Source of the DNA: Lingula anatina
Lineage: Eukaryota; Animalia; Brachiopoda
DNA length: 64,000 bases
Assembly (NCBI GenBank): GCA_051362555.1
Contig: CM120641.1
Span: 31,812,401-31,876,400 of the forward strand
Direction of reading: 5' to 3'
A program made the position numbers and the translations under genes. The stretch's first letter is position 1. Each line of letters opens with the position of its first letter. Shown here one piece after another: positions 1-14,036 of the stretch. Below the pieces are notes generated by a model. It saw nothing but the letters and a program-made list of their open reading frames with translations. It was not told the origin of the DNA and searched no databases.

Positions 1-315
1 AGTCAAGACAAATTTTGCCAGTCATGACTGATCGGACTGACGATTTCAGCATGTCTGTACTTTTGAACCAGAAAGATGTTTTATAAACAACTACCACAGG
101 CACAGTAGACTAAGCGGTGTACCTAAACACTGTCCACAACCAAGCACAACCGACCACTATCATCCACAACCGTCCACAAGCATTCTCCCATATGGAATAG
201 TTGGAAAATCGGGTAATAATTAGAAAATTAACATAAGACAGTGCCTTGCTGTGAAAAAAAAAAAAAACGTATAGGGCCCAGAAAGAGGTCATGGACAACT
301 GTTTATTATTTTCAG

Positions 316-3300
316 TCCCCAGGAGGTGTTGCCACCCCGCAAATTTATGGACAACTGCTGACTATTTACCTTGTGCAAAATGACTTGTAAGTATAAATAT
401 TAGACTTTTTACATTTTGGAAAACAGTAAGCTATTTAAAGACACACATTGGAAGATTTTCCTGCAAAAAAAAGCTCATACATATGAATTATCTGGGAGTA
501 ATTGATATTTTTCTCTTACCAACCGACCAATGATCCCCCTTTCATGACACTTCCCATTTACTAACTCTGTAATGATCTGGGAAAATTCAAAAGTCCTTTA
601 ATGTTTTTTTTTTTTTTCAAATTCCACCATTCCTCCAAGTCAGTTATCACAATGACTTCAGGGTTGTGCACGGTTTAGAATAGTGCCAAACTAAATGACT
701 GTTAGAGAGAATTGCCAGGAGTTAGTCAGTTTGATAACTTTCGGCAACATCAATTCATGGCATTTATAATATATGCAAAAATATTATCAAAAAGTATTAC
801 GTGGCTTCAGATAAATTCACAAAAGTGGTTTATGTGCTTAACATGTGTTAAAATCTTATCTTGTCACGTTAAGGCTATCATTAAAATTATATCATCAGTT
901 CTGTCCCTTATTAAACTATGACAAAAGCTATTTAGTGGTGATAATTTTTTTCCTCACATTTTTATTTATGCGTTTATTTTCAGAAATAATGCCAAATATC
1001 TGTGGAAGAGAATACCTGCAGCAGTAAAGTCGGTACGTATAGTGCACTACTGTTCAGAGATATTTTCTGACAGTCTTCCAAATTTATCTTTGTTGATCCA
1101 TCCTCCATTTTTGACAGAATTCTGACAAAAAAAAATTAGATGCTCATCACTGTAAACTTGAAAATTTCTAACCCTCTTCTGAAAGACCCAGAAGATGGCC
1201 TGCATAAAATGTTTCTCAGATTAAAAATGCTTCTGTATAGACCCATTTGAGCCTGCGTCATCAACACAAACGGCAGCCATACTGGAGGGAAACCCGAATC
1301 ATCTGCTGCCCATGAACAAGCCATGTCTGTACAAGTAAATTATCAAAAAAACACAGAAGCGTTTGATGACAGGTACGAAAGGCAGCTAGATGACACACAA
1401 GGTAGAAGCAGCAAAAAAATATTCCTAGATCTTTGTGACCAGCTGAGGAGACAGGATTTGAACATCAGGAGACTGAAATCCAGTGCATGACAGGAGTTAT
1501 TTAATTGGATTTGTATGAAGCGACACTCAGAACTGAAAATATAACACTGAAAGAACGGATCAGTTCTTTTTATTTGTCAGAGAAATTTCGAGAAAATGAT
1601 CATTGGGTTCTGAATTTTACTCGTTTTCCTAACTTTGCTCTTTTAATGATTGTTTTTGAAGAGAATCTGCCAAGTATGTTTATTTGTTCTCAATTCCAAA
1701 GTTATCACAACTCTGTAGAAAACAAGAATCATTCTGCCATGCATGTTAATTGCATGTGACTTTAAAGTGTCTCCTCATCCCTTTCAAAAATTTTGGTCAC
1801 ATGTAACAATGTCATGTATGTACACTCCAAACCTTTTGTCCCATGGCCTGACGGGAATTGCTAAAGAAAATCTGACTATACACATTTAGTTCTTGTAGGT
1901 TGCGCATTCTTAACAATTGTGACCACCAGTTGTGGACTTCTAAATAAATTGACAAATTGCTTAGTAACAGCATCTAGGGCCCCTGATAATCTGTCATTGA
2001 ATTGTGCAACATAATGTCATCAATGTTGTGCATTTCATGTTTACTTTTATTCATACAAAATGTGCACTTTTCCTATATGTTTAAGCAAATGGTTGCAGAA
2101 ATGAAGATCAATTCATGAACTGAATTATTGTTATTTTACATTGGTTATCATAAATACATAAGTGTGAAAAATGCCTTGCTTCTGTGAATGACTGAACTAA
2201 TAATAAAATGCTAACATGAATGGTTGCATTCATGGTGAAATATTAAACTCTCTCAAACAACAGTCGTGTCACATATACTTCCTAATGAACCAAAATGAAG
2301 TTCAAGAATGCTGAAATAATTTCTGACAGGTTACGATGTAGAGATAAGTCATATCTGACAGCAATATTTCATGTCATAACATAATCCTGCATACATTCTT
2401 CCTTGAGTCCATAAGGGTTGATCCCAATGATCAGCTCAAATTTCTCTTTATATCTATCCTTTATGAAAAAAGTTGCTTTTATGAAAGGTTAAACTTATGA
2501 TTACACATTAAACTCTCTCAAACTATAACTGTTATTATCCAATGAACAAGAAAAAAGTACAAGATAACTGAACTCTCTTCTGACAACACAATGTTGTATA
2601 ATAATTGTGCATTTTAAGTTCAAGATTATCTTGAAAGACATAAGGGTTAAGAGCTCATTGGTCACATGATCTGTTATTGTCCAATCAAAATGCCTCATAT
2701 GACCTTCCACAGTGCTAGGTGTCATGTTTAATGCTTATATGTTTGGATTTAATTTCTTATTGAAGTGGTTCTAAGCAAAAATGTTTTCGTATTTTGTTGG
2801 CCCATATCATGGTTCAGGAGAATATAAAGTTTTTAGCTTTTGTAGTTATTGAGAAAAGTTAAGATATTGGTACCAAAATTGTCTTGGTAGGACAAATTGA
2901 TAATTATTAATCCATTATTTTATAATCAAATATTTTTGAATCTAATGCACTTGACTAAATGTAAGAAATAAGTTATATGTAATATATTTAGCCTTTATTG
3001 TTTAAAATGATCACTATTATGAAAAATATATCAAAAATAAAAATGTCCTTCTGTAACACTATTTTATAAGTTTTCCAGATAAAAGTGTCAATAAAATCAT
3101 AATTAATCGTCAAAACCTAAAATTTCTTTTGGATTCTGGTGTCTTATGGTGTCTGGTTTCAGAAATTATAAGTTTTGTAAATAGGATTCTTTTTTTTTTT
3201 AATTTTGAGGTCTGCAGACCAAATACCATGGAATGGGCGTATTCCCAGAGCTTTTAGATCGATCTATCCCCACGGGGAGTCTCACTAGATTACTGTCTGA

Positions 3301-3680
3301 TAATTCGGTTTGAATGTCCGTCCCGCCTACTACAAGCTGTAAGGGGGTAATTAACTTTCGTGCCCGCTCGGCTGACAGCTACTTAGCGTGAACCCCCAGG
3401 GGGTTAGGTTGATCTAAAGTAGATCGATCTAATCTCTGGGAATGGGGTCTAAGTCGCTTTGATGTCTGGCTTGCCTGCTAAAGCTGCTAAACAATACTTT
3501 TAATTAAAATTACCCATTATCAGCTTCAGTAGGCATGACAGACATCTAAGCCGCTTAAGTTAATTGCAGTTAAGCAAGAATCCCCTTGAAGATAGTTCGA
3601 TCCAAAGTTAGTACAATAGTCGTCTCTGGGAATGGTCTCTAATTTCATATTTATCTTGACCTACCCCTGTAGATCCCCAC

Positions 3681-3736
<56 letters not shown>

Positions 3737-6700
3737 ATTTTGACTGACCATGAAAATTTGATGCTCACAGGCCCTGCTTAAGTGAAAATTTGCCATTTTG
3801 AAAATTACATAGCTGAAACATGATTTTAGGGAAGAAGAAAAAGTATCATGGTGGATTAAATGAAAAATTGACAATTATATTAGCTTATTATTGATCTACT
3901 TAAAGTTTGCCTTCAAAACAGAGAAAATTAAATGGCTCATAATTCATTTGAAATCAAGTTTGAGGAAAAAACCTTTGGCATAAGTTAGTCAACGAGATGC
4001 TTTTATCTGCCAAGTTATGAATGGTTTTGAAAACCACCACCTTGCCACTTTGGCTGGTACCTAAAAAATTGCACTTTAAAATTAAATAAAATTATACTGT
4101 GTTCTGTTAAAATTGTGTTATATAACGTAGTCATACACTGCCACACTCAGTGCTTTGATTTTTATTGCCAGATTGTAATAGCTCTAAAGCTCATTAATGT
4201 TTATCTTGTTTCAGGCTAACCCTGAATTGGGGAACATTTGGACCATAGGCCAGAAGATGTGGCAGAAAGATTTTGCTGGGATTTATGAAGCTATTAATAA
4301 GGACTGGTCTGATAATCTCAAACCCACGATGGCAACACTTTTAGGTAGGGCAATTTTTTATATACAGACACACCATATCTGTACATATAACTGTCACCTG
4401 CATCTGTTGGCGCCGTCGTGACCGTGCAGTTTTAGTGATAATAAGTGGAAACACGTTTGACATTTTGTCTTCATACTGACAGTTCTGATGAATATTTATA
4501 AAATGGAGGTCAAGTTAGAAAATCAGCTTGATCTGACCATTTTTATATACAGACACCATAAGACACTACACAGACACTGTAAGTCTGTCCATGCATTGCC
4601 GTTGCTGTCACCATCAATGTCACTGTCTGACATTTGCCCCATAACTTCCAAACCATATTTTTGTTTTTCTTAAAATTTTCTGAGTGGTTTTGTTTGGTAA
4701 AGAGGCAGGTCACTATCGAAAATTGGCAATTATTGTTTTTTTTTTCTTTTATCACAATTTTGGTGATGTTTAGTTAGCCTCATAACTTTCAAAACATAGT
4801 TTGGTTTTTACTCTAAATTTACTGAGTGGCTTTGCTTGGTAAAGAGGTATGTTGCTTTCGAAATTTAGCATGATCACTTTACAATTTACGGTAATTATTC
4901 TTTTTTTTTCACAATATTGGTGTCGTTTGCCTCATAACTTTCAAACTGTATTTTGGTTTTTACTCTAAATTAACTGAGTTTGGTGAGGCAGGTTGCTTGA
5001 GAAAATCAGCATTATCAGTTTACATTTATGGTAATTATTCTTTTTTTTTTTTTATGTGTGAAATTTTCATTTTTCACACATAAGCATTTTTAGTGGCACC
5101 TATATCACATGGAATTGAATCACTTGCTAGTTTTTCCGTGTCCATGTTACCTTTAGCTCATAATTTGAAAGGGTAGGAGTGATTATGCTTATTTAAAGGA
5201 TTATCTGGCAGTGCGTCAAAATTGGCCAAAACATTTTGTGCCCTTTTTTCTGTAAATTTTTTGACAGCATTGTTGCCTTATGTATGGTGTCTGTATATTT
5301 GTCAGCTTTTCTGTCTAATTCTGAAAATTTGTTCATGTCTTTGATGACAACTTTCAATGTTTCCATAACATAGCTATGCCATATGTTCATGCAGGAAGTA
5401 AGTTACAAGGGGAAACATTTGTATACAGTCAATTAGCATGTCTGTTTATATTCTGATCACTATATGTCCATTTCATTGATCTCCAAAACATTTTTTCTGG
5501 GCAATACCACACAGGGGCGATGTCAGATATTAAAAAATTGCCCTGTTATGTCATAAATTGTTGAAAATGTAAATAAACTCATTCACTACAGTTATCTCTT
5601 GTATACATATTAGCATTTTCAAGGTGTGACTTTGAAATTTCATGGGCCTAAAGACCTTTGGCATAATCATATTTTCTAAATATCTGTGCTGCCTACAGTG
5701 CATATTAAAAATCTGTGGTGATTATGCTTTTGAACATTATGTAACATTGCATCAAAATTGAAGAAAGCCCTATTTTGACACTACAGTGACCTTTTAAGGA
5801 AAGTGATGTCACCTGTGATTCTCAAACTTAACAGCCTAACACTATAAGTGGTCTCCGTTTTTTTGTATTCCATACAGTTTTCGAATTATGCTGTATCAAA
5901 AAGTACATTGTGGTGGTGAAAGCAAAATGTGCACTATGGTAATGGATAATAAATTTTGAACCCCAGAAAAATAAAACATAAGGCTTGGCGAGGCAGACAA
6001 CTTCTGGTCAAAAATGACATTATTTCATGAAATTTGAACATCTGGAACTTCTGAGCATCTCCCATTTCAAGAATTTGAATTGGAAGTCACATACTGGCAA
6101 TTTACTGTGACCTTAAAATTGACCTTTGACCTACTTTTTAGTATTAATTGAACTTTGATTGTACCATTTTTAGTTATATTTTTTTTGCATATTTTGAGAA
6201 TTCTTGTTGATTGCATTTTATAGAGCTTGTCAAGCACAAGACTGGTGGTGGTGTCCCTTTTTTTTTTTTTGGGGGGGGGGGTCCATACGAATGCGCTTAC
6301 TCCAGCTGATGGTACAATATCTGGAGGCGGTATCCCCTCTCAGATCCTCTAGCTTTTCTTAAAGTTATGCCATTGTTAATGAAATGTTAGTTCTTCACAT
6401 ATTGGCATTTTCAAGGTGTGTTTTTAACTTCCATGCACTTGAAAAGCTTTGCTAGTCACATTTTATGAATATCCAATTGATGGTGATTTAATATTATGCA
6501 GTATTGCATCAAAATTGATAAAAAAATTATTTCGTGTGCTTCCACTACAAATCACCCTGAGCTTCAGAGATAACTTGACGCTAACCTCTTCACTATAGCC
6601 TATCTTCATCGTGTCAAGTTACCTCTGACCACATTCGATTGCCCCCGCCGCCCGCCAATCAAATTTAAAGCCCGCACTCAATGACTCATTGAACTACCTA

Positions 6701-9700
6701 GCCAATGAACGCAAACGAGTCAAAGCGCGCTTTGTTCAAATCCGGACCAATCAGAGATAAGGCTCAATATCAGGGACTTGCCGTAACCTGTGGGCAGCAT
6801 GCAAAATACATCATCCCTCAGTAGATAATGATGCAAGGCCTCAAACTGCTCTGGTTTCAATTCCGATATACTCATATTTTGCAAAGAATCAAGAGATAAC
6901 TTAACACATTATTTTAAGTAGTCACTCGTAGAAGATGCCATGCTTTCTTTGTGTACGGTTATGCACTCGGCACTACTCGGATGTGCCGATTTTCAGAAAC
7001 TGCACAGACCCAACCTATAATATAATGGGCAGGTATTACCCTTAGGGTCATCTTTCATCTTAGTGAGTATGGGGTCAGTCAGTGCATTTTCACGGGAGAA
7101 GCAGCCATTAGAAGCCAAAACTGAAAGCTTTTTTAAATTCTGGAACTATTAATGCTAGAGACCATTTGTTTTTTGCAATTTATAAAACTTGTCAAGCGCA
7201 ACTCTGGAAGTGTCCATTTTTTTGTTTTCCATAAGTTTTACGAGTTGCCCATATCAAAAAGTACCACCTGGTGGTGAAAATAAAATGTAAAATAAATTTT
7301 GGAGTTACAGTAATGTGCCATGAATTTCGGGTCAGGAAAAGATAACATGAGGCTAAGTGAAGGACAGACAACATCCTGTCAAAATTGACAGAATTTTGTG
7401 AAATTCGAACATCTGGAATTTCTGAACACCTTCCATTTCATGAATTTCGACCAAAACAATCATTTTGTTATTTTAATTAATTTCTTCTATATGAAATTCA
7501 TGGCACATTACTGTAACTCCAAAATTAGCAAAGATTCACCCATAGTTACTGTTGAACTTGAATAGGAAGTCATATACTGGCAATCTTAATGTGACCTTGA
7601 AATTGACTTTTGACCTTCTTTTCATTATGAACTGAACTTTGCAAGGTTTCTGTCCCTTATATCTTCAAAACTGGAAGAGATAAGCCCATAGTTACTATTG
7701 AATTTGAATAGGAAGTCATATACTTACAATCTAACTGTGGCCTTAAAATTGACCTTTGACCCACTTTTCACCATGAACTAAACTTTTCTATTCCTTAAAT
7801 CTCCAAAACTGGCCTAGGTACATCCATAGTTACTATTGAACTTGAATAGGAAGATATATACTGGCAATCTAACTTTGACCTACTTTTCACCATAAACTGA
7901 ACTTTGTAACTTTTATATCCCTTTTATCTCCAAAACTGGCTGAGATATGCCCATAGTTACTATTGAACTTCTTTTTTTTTATACGAATGTGCTTACTCCA
8001 GCTGATGATACAATACCCAGAGGCAGTATTGCCTCTCTGATCCTCTAGGTTTTCTTTGTTGATGACTGTACATTTGACAGCTTTGCTGCCTTCTTTCTTT
8101 TTCTTTTTTTTTTTTTTTTTTTTTTTGTGCTGTCTTTGGCATCTAGTTTTATTTATTTTTAGTTTGTTTAATCGTGTTTAAAACAAACTTCTAACCATAT
8201 CATTACAGAGTCTACTAGACGAAGGGTGTTCAACCTGGTAGCCCAGGCGTACTCCTCTGTCAGTGGAGACCAGTTTGCTCAAATGATGGGGATGTCAGTG
8301 GAAGAGGCTGTGCAGGGTGAGTGCCACTTTTAGTAGCCAGTATGCATCTTGACTGAAGCTTGGGTAAAAATTTAGTTTTAGTTCCAATAGATCAGCATAA
8401 ACTGCTTATTATTGTGGTTTTAGGATTGGGTGATGTGTTATAGGAGGTCTGAGATCTGGTTGTGGTTAAGGGGATAACAAAAAAAAAATGGGGTTTCCTT
8501 GGGTAAAGGACAGTTTCCCATTCTTGCCAATGATTAATGAATCCATTCTGACATTCACAGTTAGTACCTGTTTTTTTTTTTAAGTTTGGGTTTTTGTAAT
8601 ATTCTCTTAAGAGATTATTACGGAGTGTAGCCATCTATGGAGGTCACATGATCTGATGGCAAGCACAAATTCCAGAATAATTGTGATAAATGCCATTTTG
8701 GTAGTAAAATAGAATATATTATATATTATATTTATATATTATATTTCTATGAGTTGTTTTCAGTATATTTATTATAAAATATGGATATCATATGAACAGT
8801 TGTTATCCCTTTAAGAAGAGGTACCTGTTTATGTAAACCTATGTGTGTCTGTCAGCCGTAATTTGGGTCATTTTACCTTTAAGTGCTAAATTTTATTTTT
8901 TCATATTTTTAATTTACATTAAATTTAATGGCTTTGTCTGGTAATAAAATGCATTTCTTAATGAAAATCTGCATTATTGGATTATTTTTAAAAAGTAATT
9001 GATAAAGATTTTCTTTTCTCTGCATATATTTGGGTGACATTTACCCCATTTACCCAACCTGCATTTTTAGACAGACATTGAAACATCAGTATTCAGCCAT
9101 CTAAGACTGCCAAATTGTATTTTTGTCTTCTCTTACTTTAAAATTACTGAGTAGCTTTGTTTGATGTTTTAAAAAAGGTTCCATGTGAGAATCAGCTTGA
9201 TCAGACTAATTGATTGTTTGAATTAACCTTTTTAATTTCTTTAATGTGTCATCTTTAATGTCTAGTTTTATAATTCCAAATTTGCTGAGTGGCTTTGTAT
9301 GGTGAAAAGGCATCTTCCTTTAAAAAGAAAAGAACTTGTCTACAAAACATTTCAAAAACATCTCACTACTTAAGTCAACTTTGTTTGAAGGAGATTTTGA
9401 TTATAATATATACAAAATTTAAGCAGCAGGCAACCGTGCAACTAAGTGCCAGGAAATCTGTTGCAGTTGTGGCACATAACTATGCAATCTCTCGAAACTC
9501 TTTTGGTTTTCCAACAAGGATAATTATTTGTAGGAATGACTTGTTTTGTTAGATGTAAACCCTTAGATTTGTCAACTTTGCTGTCTGATTTTGTTAGCAT
9601 ATTAGATAAATGATTACTGACTGGTTGCTTCTCTCATAATTGAAATTGGAGAGTGATGGAAGGCAAGTAGAAACTTATGAAATGTACAAATAACCCAGCT

Positions 9701-10247
9701 TTTGATATAGATTAGACAAAAGGCAGTCACTCCTGACTTGTAAATAACATTGAATCTTGGCCTTTTTTCTCAAATCTGCATGGTATAGGTCATATATTTC
9801 TGTTTGAAATGGGTCTCCTAAAAATGTTTGATGAAATGTTATCTTGTTCTCTATCCTTAAGCTGCAGTGTCTCAGGATTGGAAGGCAGATGCTCAGACAA
9901 GACTCGTCATACCTGTCAGATCAGGTGAGAATGAGCCAAGAAAAAATTGTCATAATACTTCTTCTGTATATAATCCTGCTTGAAAAATAATAGTTTACAT
10001 GATTATAATTGCAAGGTTCATTAAAACTGGTCATACAAGCTATTACAAGAGATATTGTAAAATATATTCTAGTTTTTAAGTTTAGAACCCAAATTGAAAA
10101 GCAATATTTCAGTCATCTCCAAGCGTTTATGATTTTATTTCATTTCAAATTCATTTTTCTCTTTCAGCACCACAGTCGGAGACCTCAGTTCCTAGTGAAC
10201 AAATGCTAGAAAGACTCACTGATTTTGTGTCATTTTTAGAAAACTGA
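316..10247 (+). CDS. COPS8: COP9 signalosome subunit 8 (5'-partial; first coding exon(s) lie upstream of the window)
   Basis: Six GT-AG exons with consistent phases: 316-386, 984-1032, 4215-4344, 8209-8316, 9862-9924, 10168-10247 (TGA). Spliced product SPGGVATPQIYGQLLTIYLVQNDLNNAKYLWKRIPAAVKSANPELGNIWTIGQKMWQKDFAGIYEAINKDWSDNLKPTMATLLESTRRRVFNLVAQAYSSVSGDQFAQMMGMSVEEAVQAAVSQDWKADAQTRLVIPVRSAPQSETSVPSEQMLERLTDFVSFLEN carries the CSN8 hallmarks (NNARYLWKRIP-like segment, LVxQAY, C-terminal LTDxVxFLEN). Confidence 0.96.
3235..3449. mobile_element. MITE (~215 bp) in a COPS8 intron
   Basis: Imperfect terminal inverted repeats: gggcgtattcccagagcttttagatcgatcta versus tagatcgatctaatctctgggaatggggtc; CpG-richer than the flanks; non-coding. 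Confidence 0.55.
3684..3733. repeat. (CT)n microsatellite
   Basis: Directly visible. Confidence 0.95.
5990..6352 (+). mobile_element. Non-autonomous Helitron-like element, copy 1 (internally shortened)
   Basis: Shares blocks with 7361-8048 (cagacaac...gaacatctggaa; gaagtcanatactggcaat...tgacctt...gacctttgacc). Ends in atacgaatgcgcttactccagctgat...gaggcggtatcccctc...CTAG followed by Ts: a hairpin plus CTAG 3' end. Confidence 0.5.
7361..8048 (+). mobile_element. Non-autonomous Helitron-like element, copy 2, with ~4 internal tandem 120-145 bp units
   Basis: The unit catagttactattgaacttgaataggaagtcatatactggcaatct...tgacctt recurs at ~7541, 7687, 7825 and 7952. The 3' hairpin gaggcagtattgcctc is followed by CTAG and a T-tract, the classic Helitron terminus. 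A reverse-strand fragment of the unit lies at ~63215-63290. Confidence 0.55.
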
Positions 10248-10551
10248 TACTATAAACAAATACTCAACACTGAAAGAAAGACATGGAATAAAACTGATAT
10301 TGACTGGGGATGGATGAGGTTGGAAGTTCATATCCTTGTAAACGTGTCATGTTAGATGATGTTGTAGCAGATTGCTGCAAAGGAAAGTCTTAGCTGTTAC
10401 ATTATGGAGAAGATTCAGTATTCCCTTATATTAAATGTGCTTGGTGGTAAGAAGGAAATTGTATTTACTTTTTTTCTAACATAGGAAGAGGAAATTATTT
10501 TCAACATAACTATAAGGATGTTTCAGAAATGTATTCTACTTATAACTGGCG

Positions 10552-10557
10552 AATAAA
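10552..10557 (+). promoter_or_regulatory. Candidate COPS8 polyadenylation signal (AATAAA); a more proximal one lies at 10287-10292
   Basis: Canonical hexamer ~300 nt after the COPS8 stop codon; position only, no transcript evidence. Confidence 0.4.
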
Positions 10558-12203
10558 ATTAAAACTTAACTTAGTGGTGATTTTAAATAGGACTTGAATT
10601 ATTTTTGAAGTGTAAGACAAATTTGAGGGATCGATGACATCAAGGAGTTATAACATAGAGGGGGTAAAATTTTGATTTCATTTTTTTAGTGTTGAACCAA
10701 TTATTTGCATGCCCACATATTTTGTGACATTTAGTCAGTGGAAGCTGGCAAAGGACCTCATACACCCACCCCCACCCCACCACTCCAAAGTCTTCATAAA
10801 TGTACACCCACTAAGGTAAATGGAGAATTGGAAGTGTGTCTAGATATCAGCCCAGGAGCCACCGGTCTGCCGCTAGGTGGTTTTTAGACAAACCGGAAGT
10901 CACACTTTTGAATCGGCCAAAATTTTGGAGATTTATAGGGTGTCAGAAACGGTGTAACAGTATACTGTAATATATCGGCTATGAACGTACTCAGGGTTAC
11001 ATTATGTACATTGGCATATTGAGAAATAAATTTTGAATAATGTGAGATGCACCACCAGTTGATCTAGAGCCTATTTGGAGTTAAAAATTAGTTTGAAATT
11101 GAAAATTTATGAAAGCTTTAACAGAAGTTCATCTTTAACTCTGATCTTTGTATCTATAGAGGCCTCTGCACAACTTTTAATTACCAGTAAGTTGTGGTGA
11201 ATTTATTCAGCTTTCTGTCATTGTAAGCATGTAAAGAACTTTGCCTAAAGCTGTGAATGGCACAAATCAATTCACGGCTGTGTAAGCCTGAAAACTCGAA
11301 CTTACAATATCTGTATGTTAGCCTCGCTTTTGTGTATTAGCCTTGCTTCAGCCTTGTTTTAGTTTTTACCTAACACAGTATTACTTATATAGAGCAACTA
11401 AGAATTGGGGACAATGAATATGATTTTTCTAGGCACTTATCATGGTGCTAATATAAATGAATTTTAATTTTTTTTTCATTGTAAATAAAGCTTTTTTATT
11501 ACATGAGGCCAACTTATGAGGGTATTCATTTCATTAAAATATGAAAAATAACAAATGAAAGACAATTTATATTTAATCACATTATTATATATTCTATTTT
11601 ATTTTATTTTTACATTTCAACTACTCTGAAACATTTCAAATACACTGAAACATGGTATCACTAACAGAAAATGTCAAGATTGTTACACCCACCAGTTATT
11701 AAAACTGTGCAAATATGTATACCAGGGGGTACATGTATGTTGCAAAAATTGTTATGTTACATTTCATTGTACATTAATTACCCAGTAGGTGATAATTTAA
11801 TGCTACCTTACTTGACTGGTACACCTTTCTATATATTTAACCAACTAACACACAATTCCCGATTTTAAAGTGGACCACTTCAATTTCTATAAATAGTATA
11901 ATTTCATAAATTTTCCCAGAGTTAGAAGATTTTCTTTCACTGATACCAGGTACCAATCCATGTTTGCATTTGAATAAACTTGTTTTATTTTCATAAGTAG
12001 ATTTTATCTATAAGTCACATATATAAAACCTTGCAAAGTAGAAATAAAACAATGTATTGTTTAGTTGCATATACCTAACACTTTTAACTTACTGTGGTTA
12101 AAACCTAAAATGATTTCACATACTGCATTTCTGTATACTGATAACCAATAACTATTAATATTAGCAACAGCACAGCTCAATAATATATTTTTTCATCCTT
12201 TAG

Positions 12204-12335
12204 AAGTATGGAGGAGGTTGTGGTGTTCATTGCAACACAGCATTTGGAAATGATGGATGCTTTTGTTATGATAATTGCAGGTCAAGGCACGGCAAAAGGA
12301 ATAATCCTGGTCCCATTCATGCTATTCAAGCCTAG
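12204..12335 (+). CDS. Candidate orphan terminal exon of a cysteine-rich defensin-like peptide precursor (upstream exon not located)
   Basis: Acceptor ttttttcatcctttAG, then an open frame KYGGGCGVHCNTAFGNDGCFCYDNCRSRHGKRNNPGPIHAIQA-stop. Locally raised GC; C-x3-C-x8-C-x-C-x3-C followed by GKR. Confidence 0.25.
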   Translation, partial: KYGGGCGVHCNTAFGNDGCFCYDNCRSRHGKRNNPGPIHAIQA

Positions 12336-13906
12336 AAAAAAAACTTATTTTGGTTTTACACGTTTTTTTTCTCAAAAAATTAACACGATACATTTGCACC
12401 CCCCCCCCCCCCTCCCCGGCAAGAAAGTAAACATGTTTAAAAGCAAAATTTAAGATTCATACCTTTTAAAACATGCCTATGGTAAGTTTACAATGCTGTA
12501 TCTTTCCCAACTACTAGACCCCCCCCCCCCCCCCCCCCCCTGCAAACAAGTACATGTACCGCGCGAGTACTCCACCATATGCACATACGTGTATGCAGGA
12601 CGGATGACAATGTCATTTTGTTAACCACTTCATCTTTTTCACACTTAAACACGGAGAAATTACATAAGAAGCAGAGTTTAAAATATTTAACTGAAACTGT
12701 GAGACCAGAACGCCACTGCCATCACTCGATCGAATAAATGATAGCTACCCGGTACAGTGAATATACAGCTTGTTGGAAAATCTACAAATTACAGGCCATC
12801 GCACATTAAAAAAATTTTATATGTTCAAAAATGAATGTCAACCTATGAAAAAACAGGAACAGATACAGAAAAATCCTTAAGCTACATTTGGCACAAAAAG
12901 TCAAAAATATATGTTTACAATGACGTTTTGTGTGCGGCCATTTTCCTATTCGCCAGTAACTTAGGACTAAGGAGGATACTCATTGAAATCGATACTCGAA
13001 CATTCCTTAGGTGTATAAAATGTAACTTAAGCATATACTGTATAGTCATGTCGAATTTATTTGTACATAAATCAACTGGTCATTGTATAAACATATGTAC
13101 ATCTAACCTGTCTCTAACTAGAATTCAAACTTGCATATATTATTTGTTAAATTTTAAAGAAATCCCATTTTGTCACTTATTTTCTTTTTATACTGATAAG
13201 ATGCCAATAGGTGTATCGGTTAGAAGTGCATTATATGTACCAGTCGTGAATATTGGACAGTTTCTTTTCAAGCTTTACGTTTGCTTTAGCTGTATCAACT
13301 CAGACAGCCGGATAGACAGAGACGTACGTTGTGTGCTTAATAATTATTATCGCAAAGATAAAACTAATAATATTTTCATCGATTTCATAATATTACCCAT
13401 TCGGTAGCAATTTTAACTCAATAAAATGATAATGGAAATAGTCACAAAGTTAAACGGACTGAAACTTGTATCAAAACCATTATAACCATTAAAATTATTT
13501 TTCCTGCAAAATATATGTTTCGTCTATTATAGCACAAATTTCGTTCAAAGCAGTACTCTCACACTGCATGAAAGTTAGGGCCTAGATGAAAGCAAGGTTC
13601 ATCAGCTTGTCAATGAATAGGCCTGCATTAGTCTAATTGTCGTGCAGAATTCCCTAATGAAACGTATCACCAATGCTGCTCAATTAGAAGATGAAGAAGG
13701 TCCGTTGAGACTACCGATGTCAAAGGCATCGATTTGATAGAACGCCGTGGAAACTATATTACTTCTATATTTGGCGTTCGGTCTCCTTTTGCATGTGCGG
13801 TTAGTTCGTTAAATTATAGGTTTAATCGGTTCCAATGCACATTAATAATCAATTATTACATAACCCACATGGATGGTGTTTTATGACGCGAACAACGTAA
13901 CGGGCG

Positions 13907-13914
13907 TATATAAA
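13907..13914 (+). promoter_or_regulatory. TATA box (TATATAAA) of the receptor gene
   Basis: Consensus TATA ~30 nt before an Inr-like TTAGT (13937-13941) and 130 nt upstream of the ATG at 14037 (strong context aacATGg). Confidence 0.5.
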
Positions 13915-14036
13915 TCATCCTGTAGTTCAGTGCAAATTAGTGGTTGAGTAGAATCTAAAGGATTCATGCCACACAGGAGTACAAATACATCGGGGGTTGA
14001 AAAGCACTCGATCATTATCATCGCGGTTTCACAAAC

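Noticed and set aside
1200-1570. Interrupted coiled-coil-like reading frame in a COPS8 intron
   Set aside because: Stops and a frameshift, no recognisable family; possibly old TE debris, but I cannot support a call.
11251-11287. Possible upstream exon for the defensin-like peptide (SCEWHKSIHGC|gtaagc)
   Set aside because: Preceded by an in-frame stop, weak acceptor, no signal peptide and no CxxxC; likely over-fitting.
12835-13407. 190-aa ORF upstream of the receptor
   Set aside because: AT-rich, I/F/Y/K-biased composition, no motifs and no convincing splice structure; likely a chance ORF.
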